Shown: positions 20,601 through 29,885, numbered from the stretch's first letter. The stretch is DNA of 64,000 nt from an uncultured Verrucomicrobiota bacterium (GCA_964568145.1 CAZMOZ010000024.1:932-64931), one strand, 5' to 3'. Made by a program: numbers and translations. Notes: a model not told the origin generated them from the sequence alone.

Positions 20601-23334
20601 TGTCGCTGGTCAGATCCGAGGTCGCCACGCTGATTTCATACACACCAGCGGCGGTGGCGATAAGCGCCGGGCCGGTGAACTTCACGCTGCCGCCGGTGGA
20701 GTTGGCGAAAGTGTCCCCCGCCACGAAGTTGCCAGTGGCCGTGTACGGGCCGGGGAAAACGGCTCCGTCTTCGACCTTGGACTTGTTTTCGGCGGTGACG
20801 GTCAGCGGCCGCTTCACGATGGTCAGGGTGCTGATCACCGTGCCGTAGGTGATGGCGTAGTTCGAATCCGCCGCTGTCTTGAGCACCTCGAACTGGTACG
20901 CACCGGGCAGACTTGTCGCCGTCGGCGCGGAAACGCTTTGATTGTTGAGCTTCCAGTTGCCCACGGTGGCCGGAGTCTGCGGGGCCGACTGCCCCGCGAT
21001 CAAGCCGTCGTAAACAATCAACGCGGGAACGGCGTCGCCGTAGAATTTCTGGGGGTTCAGCACCGCGCTGATGTTGAGCGCCTTCGGGTTGATCACAAAG
21101 TTCAGCGGTTGCTGCAGGGGCAGATTGTAGTTGGCCGTCTTGTCAACGTCCTTGCCGTCAATCACCCGCACGATCTTCACATCGCCCATGTTCACAGGAT
21201 AATTGCCCGCGTTTTCGCCGGCCTCCCGCTTCAGCTTGCCCCTCGGCTCATCGCCCAAGACCAGCGCCGGAGTAAACGAGGGATTCAAATCCGGATCGTT
21301 CTGTCCATAGGTCTTGCTCTGGGAACCGGCCGCCAGGCCCACGATGACGTTCTTCCGGTTGATCCGGAAGGTCGCGGGTGTGTAGTTAATGGTGTAGTTG
21401 TCGTCGCGACCGGTGGCGGTCGAGACGATCTTCAAAGTCCCCTGGTTGATGGGGTAGTCCGCCACGTCCTCGCCCGCAGGCCGTTGGAGCACGCCTTGGA
21501 ACTGGTCGCTGGCCACGGGAAGCACCACCGGCGTGGTCGTGTAGTTGAATGCCGCGGGATCTGCCTCGCCGTAGGTCTTGCCCGATGACACCGCGACCAC
21601 GGAAACAGGCCTGGGCGTGATAGTCAGCGTCCGGCCGCCGGTGAACACCAACTCATAGTTCGCCGGCAGGCTCAACGTGCCTTGGGTGATGGGATAATTA
21701 CCCACCTGTTCACCCAGACGGGATGTGTTTTCCGTTCCCGCCAGCGTGCGGGTCAGATTCCCGGAAAATCCATCGCCGCCGATCAACTGGGGCGAATACG
21801 TATAGGTCAAAGCCGGGTCCGCGTTCGCGTAAACCTTGGTCTTGTTGTCGGGCGTCACGGTGATCTTCAGCCGCTCCACCGTCAGCCCATCCGCCACGGT
21901 CGTCGTAGAACTGGCCAAGCTGATGCCGCCGGCGTAATCCACCCTCACCTCATACGTGCCGGCCGGCAGGGCGGAAGTGTCGAAGGCCACGCTGTACGAG
22001 CCGTTCCCGCCCGCCGTCGTGGTGTTGAGGATGGCCACGGTGGCCGGCGGATTGGCCCGTCGAATGGTGACGGTGACGGCTTCACCGTCCACGGCGTTGT
22101 TGCCGAACTCGCCACCGTCCACCTTGCCGGAAATATTCACCGAAGGCGTGCCGTAGGTGACCTTGGCCTTGGTCACCTGCACTGCGGAGTCAAATTTGTC
22201 ACCAAGGGTCAACAGACCAGTGCCCGCAAAGTAAACATCGCTCCTGAACGTGGCCGAACTGGTGGCGGAACCGTAAGTGCCCGGATTCTGCTGGGCCGTG
22301 GTGCCTAAGGTGAGCAACCGCGCGGTGGAGGCGTTTCCGGCGAGGGTGAGCCGGCCACTGGAGATCACCAAGCGACCATCCACAAACAAGCCCGTGGTTG
22401 GCGCGGTGGCGCCGGCACCGTTGCTGAGCGTCAGGTTCGCATAACGACCCGCGCCGCTGAGGCTCTGGGCGGCGGTACCCGCCAGGACAACCCGCCCGGC
22501 GCCGGTCTGGGTGCCGTTGTTGGCGATGTTGCCCCGCGCGGTCAGGTCCTTGCCATCGTTGTTCAGCGTGCAGCCCGCATCAATGGTCAGCGCCCCGTTG
22601 AGCGCTTTGCTGCTGTCGAGCTTGACCGTCCGGCTCGCCACCCCGTTGGGCTTGGTAATGGTCACCGAAACCGGCATGGGGGCGGGCCATTCCAAGCCCG
22701 TGGTGGTCTGGTCGCCGCTGCCGTTGTACTCGAGGCTCGCGAGCCCTCCATAGGTCACTGGGAATGACCCGGCCACCGTGGCGGTGCCCTGGATGGAGAG
22801 CTTGCCCTGCACGGTAACGCCATTCTGCAAGGTCTTGGCGCCACTGCCGGCGAGGGTGAGATCCTTGTACTGGATGGTGGTCGCCCCGATCTTGGCGGTC
22901 ACCGTCTGGGCGGCGCCATTATAGACCACCACTCCCAAGCCGCTGTTGAAGGCGCCGGCACCGGAAGGCAGGAAATCCCCGCTCACCCGGAGCGTATGCA
23001 CGGCCGTGCCGGACGACATGTTCAACTGGTTCCCGGGATTGGAACCAAACTGCACATTCTTGACGGTCAGGATCCGCGAGGTGCTGTCGAACAGCAACGA
23101 CCCGGCGGTGGTGCCATCACCGATCGTGATCGTGTCCGCAGTGGCGTTGCTGACGTCCACGTACAGGACTCCACCGTCGGTGATGGTGATGGTATCGGAC
23201 GCCGTGGGCTGGGGACTGAGCGCACTCCACAACACCGTGACGTTTTGGATCGGGTAGTCCCTGGCCATGACCTGTCCAGTCAGGCCCAGGGCAAGCCCCG
23301 CCATGCACACCAAGTAGCCGAACGACTTCTTCAT
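17665..23334 (-). CDS. giant secreted surface protein: beta-helix-type repeats, MBG-type repeats, cohesin-like module, C-terminal dockerin-type repeat pair
   Basis: Start set at ATG 23334 (MKKSFGYLVCMAGLALGLTGQVMA). At least four units of the type KxYGxxDPxLxY....GNYPIxxG....NYxIxxxxGxLTI are present. The C-terminus is GDVNGDNIVNLSDFNVLQQTYG...DFDGSGAVNIVDYTLLQNNFG. Confidence 0.85.
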   Translation of the reverse strand: MKKSFGYLVCMAGLALGLTGQVMARDYPIQNVTVLWSALSPQPTASDTITITDGGVLYVDVSNATADTITIGDGTTAGSLLFDSTSRILTVKNVQFGSNPGNQLNMSSGTAVHTLRVSGDFLPSGAGAFNSGLGVVVYNGAAQTVTAKIGATTIQYKDLTLAGSGAKTLQNGVTVQGKLSIQGTATVAGSFPVTYGGLASLEYNGSGDQTTTGLEWPAPMPVSVTITKPNGVASRTVKLDSSKALNGALTIDAGCTLNNDGKDLTARGNIANNGTQTGAGRVVLAGTAAQSLSGAGRYANLTLSNGAGATAPTTGLFVDGRLVISSGRLTLAGNASTARLLTLGTTAQQNPGTYGSATSSATFRSDVYFAGTGLLTLGDKFDSAVQVTKAKVTYGTPSVNISGKVDGGEFGNNAVDGEAVTVTIRRANPPATVAILNTTTAGGNGSYSVAFDTSALPAGTYEVRVDYAGGISLASSTTTVADGLTVERLKITVTPDNKTKVYANADPALTYTYSPQLIGGDGFSGNLTRTLAGTENTSRLGEQVGNYPITQGTLSLPANYELVFTGGRTLTITPRPVSVVAVSSGKTYGEADPAAFNYTTTPVVLPVASDQFQGVLQRPAGEDVADYPINQGTLKIVSTATGRDDNYTINYTPATFRINRKNVIVGLAAGSQSKTYGQNDPDLNPSFTPALVLGDEPRGKLKREAGENAGNYPVNMGDVKIVRVIDGKDVDKTANYNLPLQQPLNFVINPKALNISAVLNPQKFYGDAVPALIVYDGLIAGQSAPQTPATVGNWKLNNQSVSAPTATSLPGAYQFEVLKTAADSNYAITYGTVISTLTIVKRPLTVTAENKSKVEDGAVFPGPYTATGNFVAGDTFANSTGGSVKFTGPALIATAAGVYEISVATSDLTSDKYGPITYVSGSLVITKGIATITIEGNETWGGGGSFSWTINQANGGNAGSDPGWKLLHVKKTQQGAGGVLTIGATEQNKFTIFLTTLVRGQNSAGSMSKFDPSRPYVWKIAQAESISGFAANKFNLVWQGSGFFANPTFGGTFGIEQWPEADPKEIRLTFTPKPQLETDVPALLGYVRTSDLDVLYLEPSKTSIVPQEPVTIALKVANLQQPVFGAQAFINFSSAHFNANQTGAGAPVVAAGGGVWDNVIYRMWNAGGDLDTVIGLSFTAPLGTTADGTVALITLTPTRTTTGKSRVVFRGDTQVMPGGITGGTQLSGGGGSVVLPARVPTDDITIVVDDKAPVINSVAVTQVQYGETLNIKNGGPGSDPARPSAVRGTVNITVNAKDLPGVGLNGAPTVKFTGPSGQIVNAEGKTSGANDGDFLYTLAVDGGTENGRWNAVVTATDMLGKSTTDNFYIHVNKNEVKGVVEVEALRSSTRRVTFALGDGAAIRQTRTLELAFTESKFMQAGGFRDLPALANELLAPKNAVPMSIYLRYGAIADLDALANRLLLGTDGFASYMRDLLFGYVTDLTTLNDMAAKLKSPTRSIDAYILARLSPSTIQALNNYPSSNPSQAQIAALENGLLNDFTSIALGPSIYDPLRFQSVPLVKTDPRIQGWLPPNPTPKGDDLIQFNRYLLEDAYPRPNGGLSSGYVSGALKAQTAQALVTYTGGDNATLAGLLLLDFDRLTQPSSAGLWGAPSLYTEQRFLGIPLRQQTANLILQVPPVAGSDLVLLNRLLLEDGFAASLGLLNYTSGPLTPATAAALATFAATPNKPNQQALEPLLVADLNKVLDGGVIRRSDLEAAYPEITRARTLAAFTLIDVPEGTTLVSAKTSWNLRETVAPLDPPVGGAKPNGVANFVNGANVQPIVNNNLRAGDVNGDNIVNLSDFNVLQQTYGTTDPRADFDGSGAVNIVDYTLLQNNFGAIGDLGVDGKP

Positions 23335-23984
23335 AGGTTTTTTTTGTTCTCTGACACTCGACCGCGAGGGCGTCATCAAAGCGGTGGGCTTTGGTGGCCG
23401 CCAAGTGTTGGTTTGGGTTTGGGTTTTCATATAAACGGGTTGGTTGCGCCTTGCTTAATGGTTTGCAGCACGTGTCTGGAAAAAATCGGTTCGGCGATGG
23501 TAATCCGTCACAGGGCGTAGGAAATTACGCGATTGAGCGCGCTGGTGCTCGGTTGGGTGAATAGAATCGCACAAGTTGTTTAGATGAGCCGCACGTCCCG
23601 CGAGCGCCTCCCGGCCCTCGGCAACAGCCGGGTAGCCCCTAGCAGGAGTAAGCCCGATTTGACGCGCTCTCATCTTATGCCTGAGTGATCTTGGGGCGGA
23701 CCCCGCTAAATCGTCAAGGAGATTTTGAAGTTTTTTTCATGTCAGACCAAAGTTTCAAGTCCCACAAAACAAGCAGCTTGCGCATGAAGACACCGTGAAC
23801 GACCTGTTCTTCACGACACTCATCAGGCCGCCGAAGCACGCTTCGGTCAAATCGGCAATCGCTTGAAAACCAAGTTACTGCGCAGATTCAAGCGCCCGCT
23901 CTTGGGTTGTCTGCTGGTCCACATTAGCTTGGCGGTGTCGAAGGATCGGGAATTTTAGCACTTCAATGTCCCGGTTGTCGGCCG

Positions 23985-24542
23985 ATGGGCGAACAATACT
24001 CGCTGTTTGTGGCGCTTGCAGCCCCGGCCTTGTGCGGTACCCTCGGTTGTCACGTCATGGTTTCAGCGCAGGAACAATACGACGAGGCGATGCACGCCTT
24101 CAGTCGGGGCGAGTACGCCAGCGCAGCAGCGCAGATCGAGGCGCTGCTGGCGGCCGAGCCGGACCACTTCGACGCCCGGCTTTCGCTCGGCATGGCGTAC
24201 TACCGGTTGGGGGATTTCCAGCGCGCGATTGCCGAAGGCCACAAGGCGGAGCGCATGCGGCCCAACGAGCAGCTTGTCCACACCAACCTCTCGCTCTTTT
24301 ATTTGAAGGCGGGCGACAAGGCGCAGGCGGAACACCACGGTCTGCAAGCCCGCATCGCCTCCTGGCGGGGCAACCTGGCACCGCCAAAGGCCCGGGCCGG
24401 TGGCGAGGCGGAGCTGCGAATGGCCCAAACCCCACCCCCCGCCGTCCAAGTTCCCGACCAGTTTCCGGAAATGCCGTGGAAGAAAAAACCACCAGCCCCG
24501 GCCCCGCCAGCACCACCCACGCCGGACAGTCGCAGCCATTGA
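23985..24542 (+). CDS. small TPR-repeat protein with Pro-rich tail
   Basis: Two to three TPR-like units (YDEAMHAFSRGEYASAAAQIEALLAAEPDHFDARLSLGMAYYRLGDFQRAI...). The start could be 23985 or 24057. Confidence 0.55.
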   Translation: MGEQYSLFVALAAPALCGTLGCHVMVSAQEQYDEAMHAFSRGEYASAAAQIEALLAAEPDHFDARLSLGMAYYRLGDFQRAIAEGHKAERMRPNEQLVHTNLSLFYLKAGDKAQAEHHGLQARIASWRGNLAPPKARAGGEAELRMAQTPPPAVQVPDQFPEMPWKKKPPAPAPPAPPTPDSRSH

Positions 24543-24571
24543 AATCCGACAAGAACTTCAAGACCCAACGA

Positions 24572-24853
24572 ATGAAAACCGCCTACGAACTGGCAATGGA
24601 GCGGCTCGCCAAGCAGGGACCGGTCGTCACGCTCACTGACGACCAGAAGCGCGAGATCGCGGAACTCGAGTCGCGTTTCAAGGCGCGCCTGGCCGAGCGG
24701 GAAATCGCCGCCCAAGGCGAGATTGCCAACGCCGAGGCGGCCGGTGACTTCGAAGCCGCGGACAAGGCCCGGCAGGCTCTGGCCGCCGACCGCCGGAAGT
24801 TGCAGCAAGAACTCGAACGTAAAAAGGACGAGGTCCGCCAGCGCAAGGCCTGA
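24572..24853 (+). CDS. small charged coiled-coil protein (hypothetical)
   Basis: The ATG at 24572 within the 23966-24853 frame gives 93 aa, MKTAYELAMERLAKQG...KKDEVRQRKA. No family was recognised. Confidence 0.45.
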   Translation: MKTAYELAMERLAKQGPVVTLTDDQKREIAELESRFKARLAEREIAAQGEIANAEAAGDFEAADKARQALAADRRKLQQELERKKDEVRQRKA

Positions 24854-24859
24854 ACCGCG

Positions 24860-27800
24860 TCAGCGGCTGGCAAAGGAATACCGCCCGGGCGCGGCCTCAA
24901 GGACCACGCCCCGCGCATCCGTTCCGAGATGCCGCAGCCCGGCAGCCGTGACCGCGGGCTTGCCGCCTTCAGTGATGATCTTCAACGGCCCGGCTGGAAT
25001 GTGCAGGGTGGCGGTCGTGTTTGGAGGCACCGTCACGTCCCAAAGAAAAGTCGAAAAGCGGATTGCAGTGTGTGAAACGCCAGCTTGATCCACTTGGCGC
25101 GTTTCTCGCGGCAGAGGATCGCGCTCGATCCGCCAGTGGCTGGTGATGAGTCCGTACGGCGAGCAATGGGTGGCCCGGACGTGCGTGAGGTCGCCCACCG
25201 GCGTCGGTCGCATGAGGATGTGTTTGAAGCCGGGCCGCGCGGGGTCAGCCTGGATGCCGGCGAGGTTTTCGTACATCCAGATCAACAGGTCGCCCACCAG
25301 CATCACGTGGTTGCCGGAGTTCATCGCCGGGTCCGCGGTGTCGCCATTCCACAATTCCCAGATCGTCGTCGCGCCTTTTTCGATCATGTAACCCCAACTC
25401 GGGTACGTGCGGTTCGTGGCCAGGGTGTAAGCCAGGTCCGCGCGGTCGTGCGCGCTCAGCGTGCGCATCAGCCACTGGCCGCCGATCAGGCCGGTGCCGA
25501 TGTGGTTCCGGGTTTCGCCGGTGATCTTGCCGACCAGGTGCTCGAACAGCCGAAGCTGCCGGCCTTCGGGCGCCAGGCCCAACGCCAGCGGCAGGACGCA
25601 CGAGGTCTGCGAGCCGTTGTCGTAATGGCCTTTGGCGGGGTCGAAAAACTTTGCGTTCAGCGCCGCCTTCAGGCGCCCGGACAGGTCGCGGTAACGCCGC
25701 GCATCGTCCGCCTGCCCCAGATGCTCCGCGTAGCCGGCCAGGAGGCCCAGGCAGTGCGCAAAGCAAGTCGTCCCCAGAATGGTGCCGTGCGTCTTGCGCG
25801 CGGGGTCTTGGGAGTGGATGAGCTTGGGGTCTTCCGGCGGCACGCACCAGTCGCCGTAGGTGTCGCGCGGCATCAGGTCGTCCCGGATGAAGCCGGCCAT
25901 GTGCTCCACCCACCGCTTCATGCTGGGGTAATGCCGTTCGATCACCGCGCGGTCACCGAACTGGCTCAGCAGATGCCCCGGAATGATGACGGTGCTGCTG
26001 GGCCAGGTGGCGTTGTCCGAGTAAAGGGGCCAGTATGGCGGGCACACGTCCGGCACGCTGCCGTTCTCCTTCTGGGCGTCGGCGAAGTCCTGCACCCACT
26101 TGGCGTACAGCGGCGCCGTGTTAAACAGGAACGCCTCGCCCTTGGATTCCTCGGAGCGGTCGCCCAGCCAGCCCTGGCGTTCGTCCCGTTGCGGGCAGTC
26201 GGTGGGCAGGCTGCGGTAATTGCCGCGCACGCCCCAGTAGATGTTTTGGTAAAGCTGGTTCAACAACGGGTGCGAGCTGGACCACTCGCCCGCCCGCTCG
26301 AGGTCGTCCTGCACGACACACGCCGTCAGGGTGTCCGCCTTGGGCTGGCCGGGAAAGCCGCGCAACTCGACGTAACGAAACCCATGGTACGTGAAGCGCG
26401 GCTCGTAAACCTCCGCGCCCTTGCCGGCCAGCATGTACGTGTCCGTGACCCGCGCCCCGCGCAGATTGTCAAGGTACAGCGCGCCGTCCGGCCGCAACGT
26501 CTCCGCGTGGCGCAGCGTGACAACCGCGCCTTCCCTGCCGCGAACCTTCAGCCGGCACCAGCCCACCAGATTCTGCCCGAAATCGTAAATCCACGTGCCC
26601 GGCGCGATTTCCCGGAACGACACCGGCTTGACCGTCTCGACCACCCGGATGGGCGGCATCATTTGCGCGACCAACCGCCCGCCCGGCGGCGACACCACCT
26701 GCGCCCGGCCCCAGGCCCCGTCGTCGAAGCCCGCCTCCGCCCAGCCGGGCATGTCGCGACGCGCGTCGTATTCCTCGCCATCATACTCGTTGTTGGCGCG
26801 AATCGGGCCTTCGGCGGTGAGCCGCCAGGAATCGTTGCTCACCACCTCCGTGGTCGTGCCGTCCGTGTGTTCGACGCGCAGTTGAAACAGCAGCTTGGGA
26901 AAGCCGTAGGTGCGGGTCTCGGTGGGCACCCGCAGCCGCGGCGCGAAATACCGGCCGTTGCCCAGCCACACCGCCGCGCAATTGCTGCCGCGCCGCAGTT
27001 CCCGTGTGACGTCGTAGGTCACGTAAAACACCCGTGTGGGGTAATCCGTCAGGCCCGGCGACAGGACATGGTCGCCGACCTTCCGGCCATTGAGGTAAAG
27101 CTCCGACAATCCCAGCCCGGAGAGGTAAGCCGTGGCGCGGCGCACCGACTTCTCCAGGTTGAACTCGCGGCGCAACTGCCGCGCCGGCAGCCGGCGGTCC
27201 TCCGGGCCGGTCACCTCGCCCCACGGCGCCATGCCCACCGGGCCGAGCACCTTGGCCGGCACCCAGCCGCCGGCGTTGAACTCGGTCCGCTCCCAGCCGG
27301 TGACGCCGATTCGCGAGGCGCGCCATTCCTCGTCCGTGGCGATCACCGTCCGGCCGCCCGGGCTCACGGTCAGTTCCAGCCGCGCGAGCAGGCCGGCCGG
27401 GTTGTCGGTCTCGCCGGCGTTCTTCACCGCGATGGCCAGGACGTTGTCGCCGGCTTTCAACCGGCCGGTCAGGTCGAACTCCACCGCCGCTTTGTAACTG
27501 GCGCCAGTGCCGAGCCGCGCGCCATTGACGTGCAGCTCGAATTCGTTGTCGGCCGCGACCAACAGCCGCGCCGCTTCCACGCGCGACTTCTCCGGGATGG
27601 GCACCCGCCGCCGGAAATAGCGCGTGCCGACGGGCGCGGACGCGGCCGGGTTGCCTTCGGGAAACCAGATCCAGGACGTGCCGGTGAGCGTGCTGGGCGC
27701 TTCGGTTTCGTCGCGGCCAATCCACACTCCGCGCCAGTCCGCGGGCTGCAACAAACCCATGCTCCAAAAGGCTGGCGCGCTCCAGGCGCTGGCCTGGCCG

Positions 27801-28162
27801 CGCTCGTCCCAGACCCGCACCTTCCAGAAACACGCCTGGCCGGAAGCCAGCGCGCGGCCTGCGTACCGGACATGGATGGATTGATCCGACTCCACGCGAC
27901 CGCTGTCCCAGAGGTCGGCGCGCCCGGCGGCCAGGTTGGCCGCAGCACTCGCGACCAGGACTTGATACGCGGTCTGCCGCTGACCGCGCGCCCGCGGCTG
28001 GACCGCCTCGAACTGCCAGCTCAGCCGCGGCTGCGGGGTGTCAATGCCCAGCGGGTCGCGCAGGTATTCGCAGCGCAACTCGACGGGCCGCACGGAGGCG
28101 TCCGCGTGAGCAGTCCACACGACAAGGCAAAGCAGACTGAACGAGCTGAAGAACGCTTTCAT
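24860..28162 (-). CDS. alpha-L-rhamnosidase (GH78 family)
   Basis: Start set at ATG 28162 (MKAFFSSFSLLCLVVWTAHA signal). The N-terminal LRCEYLRDPLGIDTPQPRLSWQ motif, the length and the overall pattern are typical of GH78 rhamnosidases. The ORF extension to 28396 runs through a repeat array. Confidence 0.8.
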   Translation of the reverse strand: MKAFFSSFSLLCLVVWTAHADASVRPVELRCEYLRDPLGIDTPQPRLSWQFEAVQPRARGQRQTAYQVLVASAAANLAAGRADLWDSGRVESDQSIHVRYAGRALASGQACFWKVRVWDERGQASAWSAPAFWSMGLLQPADWRGVWIGRDETEAPSTLTGTSWIWFPEGNPAASAPVGTRYFRRRVPIPEKSRVEAARLLVAADNEFELHVNGARLGTGASYKAAVEFDLTGRLKAGDNVLAIAVKNAGETDNPAGLLARLELTVSPGGRTVIATDEEWRASRIGVTGWERTEFNAGGWVPAKVLGPVGMAPWGEVTGPEDRRLPARQLRREFNLEKSVRRATAYLSGLGLSELYLNGRKVGDHVLSPGLTDYPTRVFYVTYDVTRELRRGSNCAAVWLGNGRYFAPRLRVPTETRTYGFPKLLFQLRVEHTDGTTTEVVSNDSWRLTAEGPIRANNEYDGEEYDARRDMPGWAEAGFDDGAWGRAQVVSPPGGRLVAQMMPPIRVVETVKPVSFREIAPGTWIYDFGQNLVGWCRLKVRGREGAVVTLRHAETLRPDGALYLDNLRGARVTDTYMLAGKGAEVYEPRFTYHGFRYVELRGFPGQPKADTLTACVVQDDLERAGEWSSSHPLLNQLYQNIYWGVRGNYRSLPTDCPQRDERQGWLGDRSEESKGEAFLFNTAPLYAKWVQDFADAQKENGSVPDVCPPYWPLYSDNATWPSSTVIIPGHLLSQFGDRAVIERHYPSMKRWVEHMAGFIRDDLMPRDTYGDWCVPPEDPKLIHSQDPARKTHGTILGTTCFAHCLGLLAGYAEHLGQADDARRYRDLSGRLKAALNAKFFDPAKGHYDNGSQTSCVLPLALGLAPEGRQLRLFEHLVGKITGETRNHIGTGLIGGQWLMRTLSAHDRADLAYTLATNRTYPSWGYMIEKGATTIWELWNGDTADPAMNSGNHVMLVGDLLIWMYENLAGIQADPARPGFKHILMRPTPVGDLTHVRATHCSPYGLITSHWRIERDPLPRETRQVDQAGVSHTAIRFSTFLWDVTVPPNTTATLHIPAGPLKIITEGGKPAVTAAGLRHLGTDARGVVLEAAPGRYSFASR

Positions 28163-28242
28163 GGCCACGGGGGCCAGTGAAGCGCGACGCCGGCGACTCC
28201 GCCAGACCGAAAAGCGGCCGGCGCTCGCCCGCCTCGCCGGGA

Positions 28243-28385
28243 TTGGTACTTGGTTCTTGGTTCGTGGAAAACAGATGCCAGATACCGGATACCAGATGCC
28301 GGCCTTTGACCTTCGACTTGGAACTTGGAACTTGGGTCTCGAACACTGACTTCGGATTTCAGATCTCGGATTTCTCTCCTCGGAT
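28243..28385. repeat. concatenated heptanucleotide tandem arrays
   Basis: Units read ttggtac ttggttc ttggttc, then gatgcca gataccg gatacca gatgccg, then cttcgac ttggaac ttggaac ttgg, then ttcggat ttcagat ctcggat. The module order is the reverse complement of the arrays at 48133-48234 and 49753-49880. Confidence 0.75.
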
Positions 28386-28436
28386 CGCCTTGCCAAAGGC
28401 GGCGGGAGGCGGTTTGCTGCTGCGCGGCCACAGCCC

Positions 28437-28512
<76 letters not shown>

Positions 28513-28644
28513 ATTTGCCCCACGCCCGCCTCCCCGTGAATTTCAAGCCGCAAGACTGCGTCGGGTTTCGGCCAGGGAATTCCGCGCGAAGATCGCGAAG
28601 ACGGCGAAGGAAGTCCGGCTGGTTCGCGCGATGACCGGACACGG

Positions 28645-29079
28645 TCAGATCTCAAGCCACCGACGTTGTTCGTCTGTCAGCCTGGGCTCACGTTCCAACC
28701 CGGCGTGAAAGCGGTCGGCGTCCCAGATCTCGAACGAGTCGAGCACGCCCAGCAAAACAACCTGCCTGGTCAGCCCCGCCGCTTCGGCCAGCACCCCGGG
28801 AAGGACCAGCCGGCCGCGCGGGTCCAACTCCACCCGGCACAAGCCGGCCGCGAGCCGGCGACCCAGGACTTCGCCGGCAGCATGGTCGAGCCCGGTGTGG
28901 GAACGCAGTCGGTCCAACAGCCCGCGGAATTGCTCGTCGCTGAGCGCCCGGATGCGCTCGGCACGGCCGTATGGCCACGGCAGCAGGTAAAGCACGGAAG
29001 CGACCGCGCCGGCCCGCCGCCAGTGCGCGGGCAGTTGCACGCGGCGGGCGGCATCCATGCTGTGCAAGTACTGCCCCAC
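28645..29079 (-). CDS. mraZ: transcriptional regulator MraZ
   Basis: Two MraZ/SpoVT-AbrB half-domains: MDAARRVQLPAHWRR and LDPRGRLVLPGVLAEAAGL...VVLLGVLDSFEIWDADRF. The GTG at 29079 gives a canonical N-terminus (M)GQYLHSMD and about 144 aa. The track ORF extends to 29196. Confidence 0.75.
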   Translation of the reverse strand: MGQYLHSMDAARRVQLPAHWRRAGAVASVLYLLPWPYGRAERIRALSDEQFRGLLDRLRSHTGLDHAAGEVLGRRLAAGLCRVELDPRGRLVLPGVLAEAAGLTRQVVLLGVLDSFEIWDADRFHAGLEREPRLTDEQRRWLEI

Positions 29080-29379
29080 GTAAAGCGGCTGGTCCGCGCC
29101 TTCCGAACCGCCCCGCCGGCCAGCCGCGCCGCCGGCCGGGTCTGACTTGCGGCTGTTGTTGCCAGCGGAACGATCGCCAGGCGGTTTTGCGCTCACGCCG
29201 CAGAGGTGTGCCCGGCTGACCGGGCGGTGTAAACCCGAAAACGGGGCACCTCCGCCGCGGACGTTGCGCGCGACGGTGAGTTGCCGCCCATTCCCGGGCG
29301 CGGAACCGATCTTTGCCAGGCGTTTAGCGGGTCGGTTTCGACGTTTACTTTACCCCCGCCGCGGGCGTACGCTCCGGGC

Positions 29380-29859
29380 ATGATCCATGTGGGCATTGGC
29401 TACGACGTTCACCGCCTGGTGGCCGGCCGCCGGCTTTTCCTGGGCGGTGTGGAAATCTCCCACTCCAAGGGCCTCGAAGGCCACTCGGACGCGGATGTGC
29501 TCATCCACGCGATTTGCGACGCCCTGTTCGGGGCCATGGGCGAGGGCGACATCGGCCATTTCTTCCCCAACACCGACCCGCGCTGGCACGGGGCGTCAAG
29601 CCTGGTTTTCCTGCGCGAAGCCATCCGCATGTTGAGCCTGCACAGCGGGCGGGTGGTGAACGTGGACTGCACCCTTGTGGCGCAGGAGCCCAAGCTTGCC
29701 CCGCACATCCGGCCCATGAAGCACAAGCTCTCCGAGACGCTCGAAATCCACCCCGCGCGGGTGGGCATCAAGGCCACCACCAACGAGGGGCTGGGGTTCA
29801 TCGGCCGCGGCGAGGGCATCGCTGCGATGGCTGTGGCCTGCGTGGACCTGCCCCGCTAG
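29380..29859 (+). CDS. ispF: 2-C-methyl-D-erythritol 2,4-cyclodiphosphate synthase
   Basis: IGYDVHRL...GHSDADVLIHAICDALFGA...DIG..FP is diagnostic IspF sequence. The ATG at 29380 gives 159 aa. Confidence 0.95.
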   Translation: MIHVGIGYDVHRLVAGRRLFLGGVEISHSKGLEGHSDADVLIHAICDALFGAMGEGDIGHFFPNTDPRWHGASSLVFLREAIRMLSLHSGRVVNVDCTLVAQEPKLAPHIRPMKHKLSETLEIHPARVGIKATTNEGLGFIGRGEGIAAMAVACVDLPR

Positions 29860-29885
29860 GCCCGGCCCCGCCGGCTTGGCCCGAG

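Noticed and set aside
25085-28180. 1031-aa + strand ORF opposite the rhamnosidase gene
   Set aside because: It fully overlaps a well-supported GH78 gene on the other strand. Its composition is low-complexity R/A/G/P/V with no domain-like sequence.
28163-28396. N-terminal extensions of ORFs through repeat DNA (rhamnosidase to 28396; isomerase to 51271; ABC ATPase to 4101; giant protein to 23430)
   Set aside because: The extensions translate repeat arrays or non-coding DNA. In each case an internal ATG is followed directly by a proper signal peptide or conserved N-terminus.
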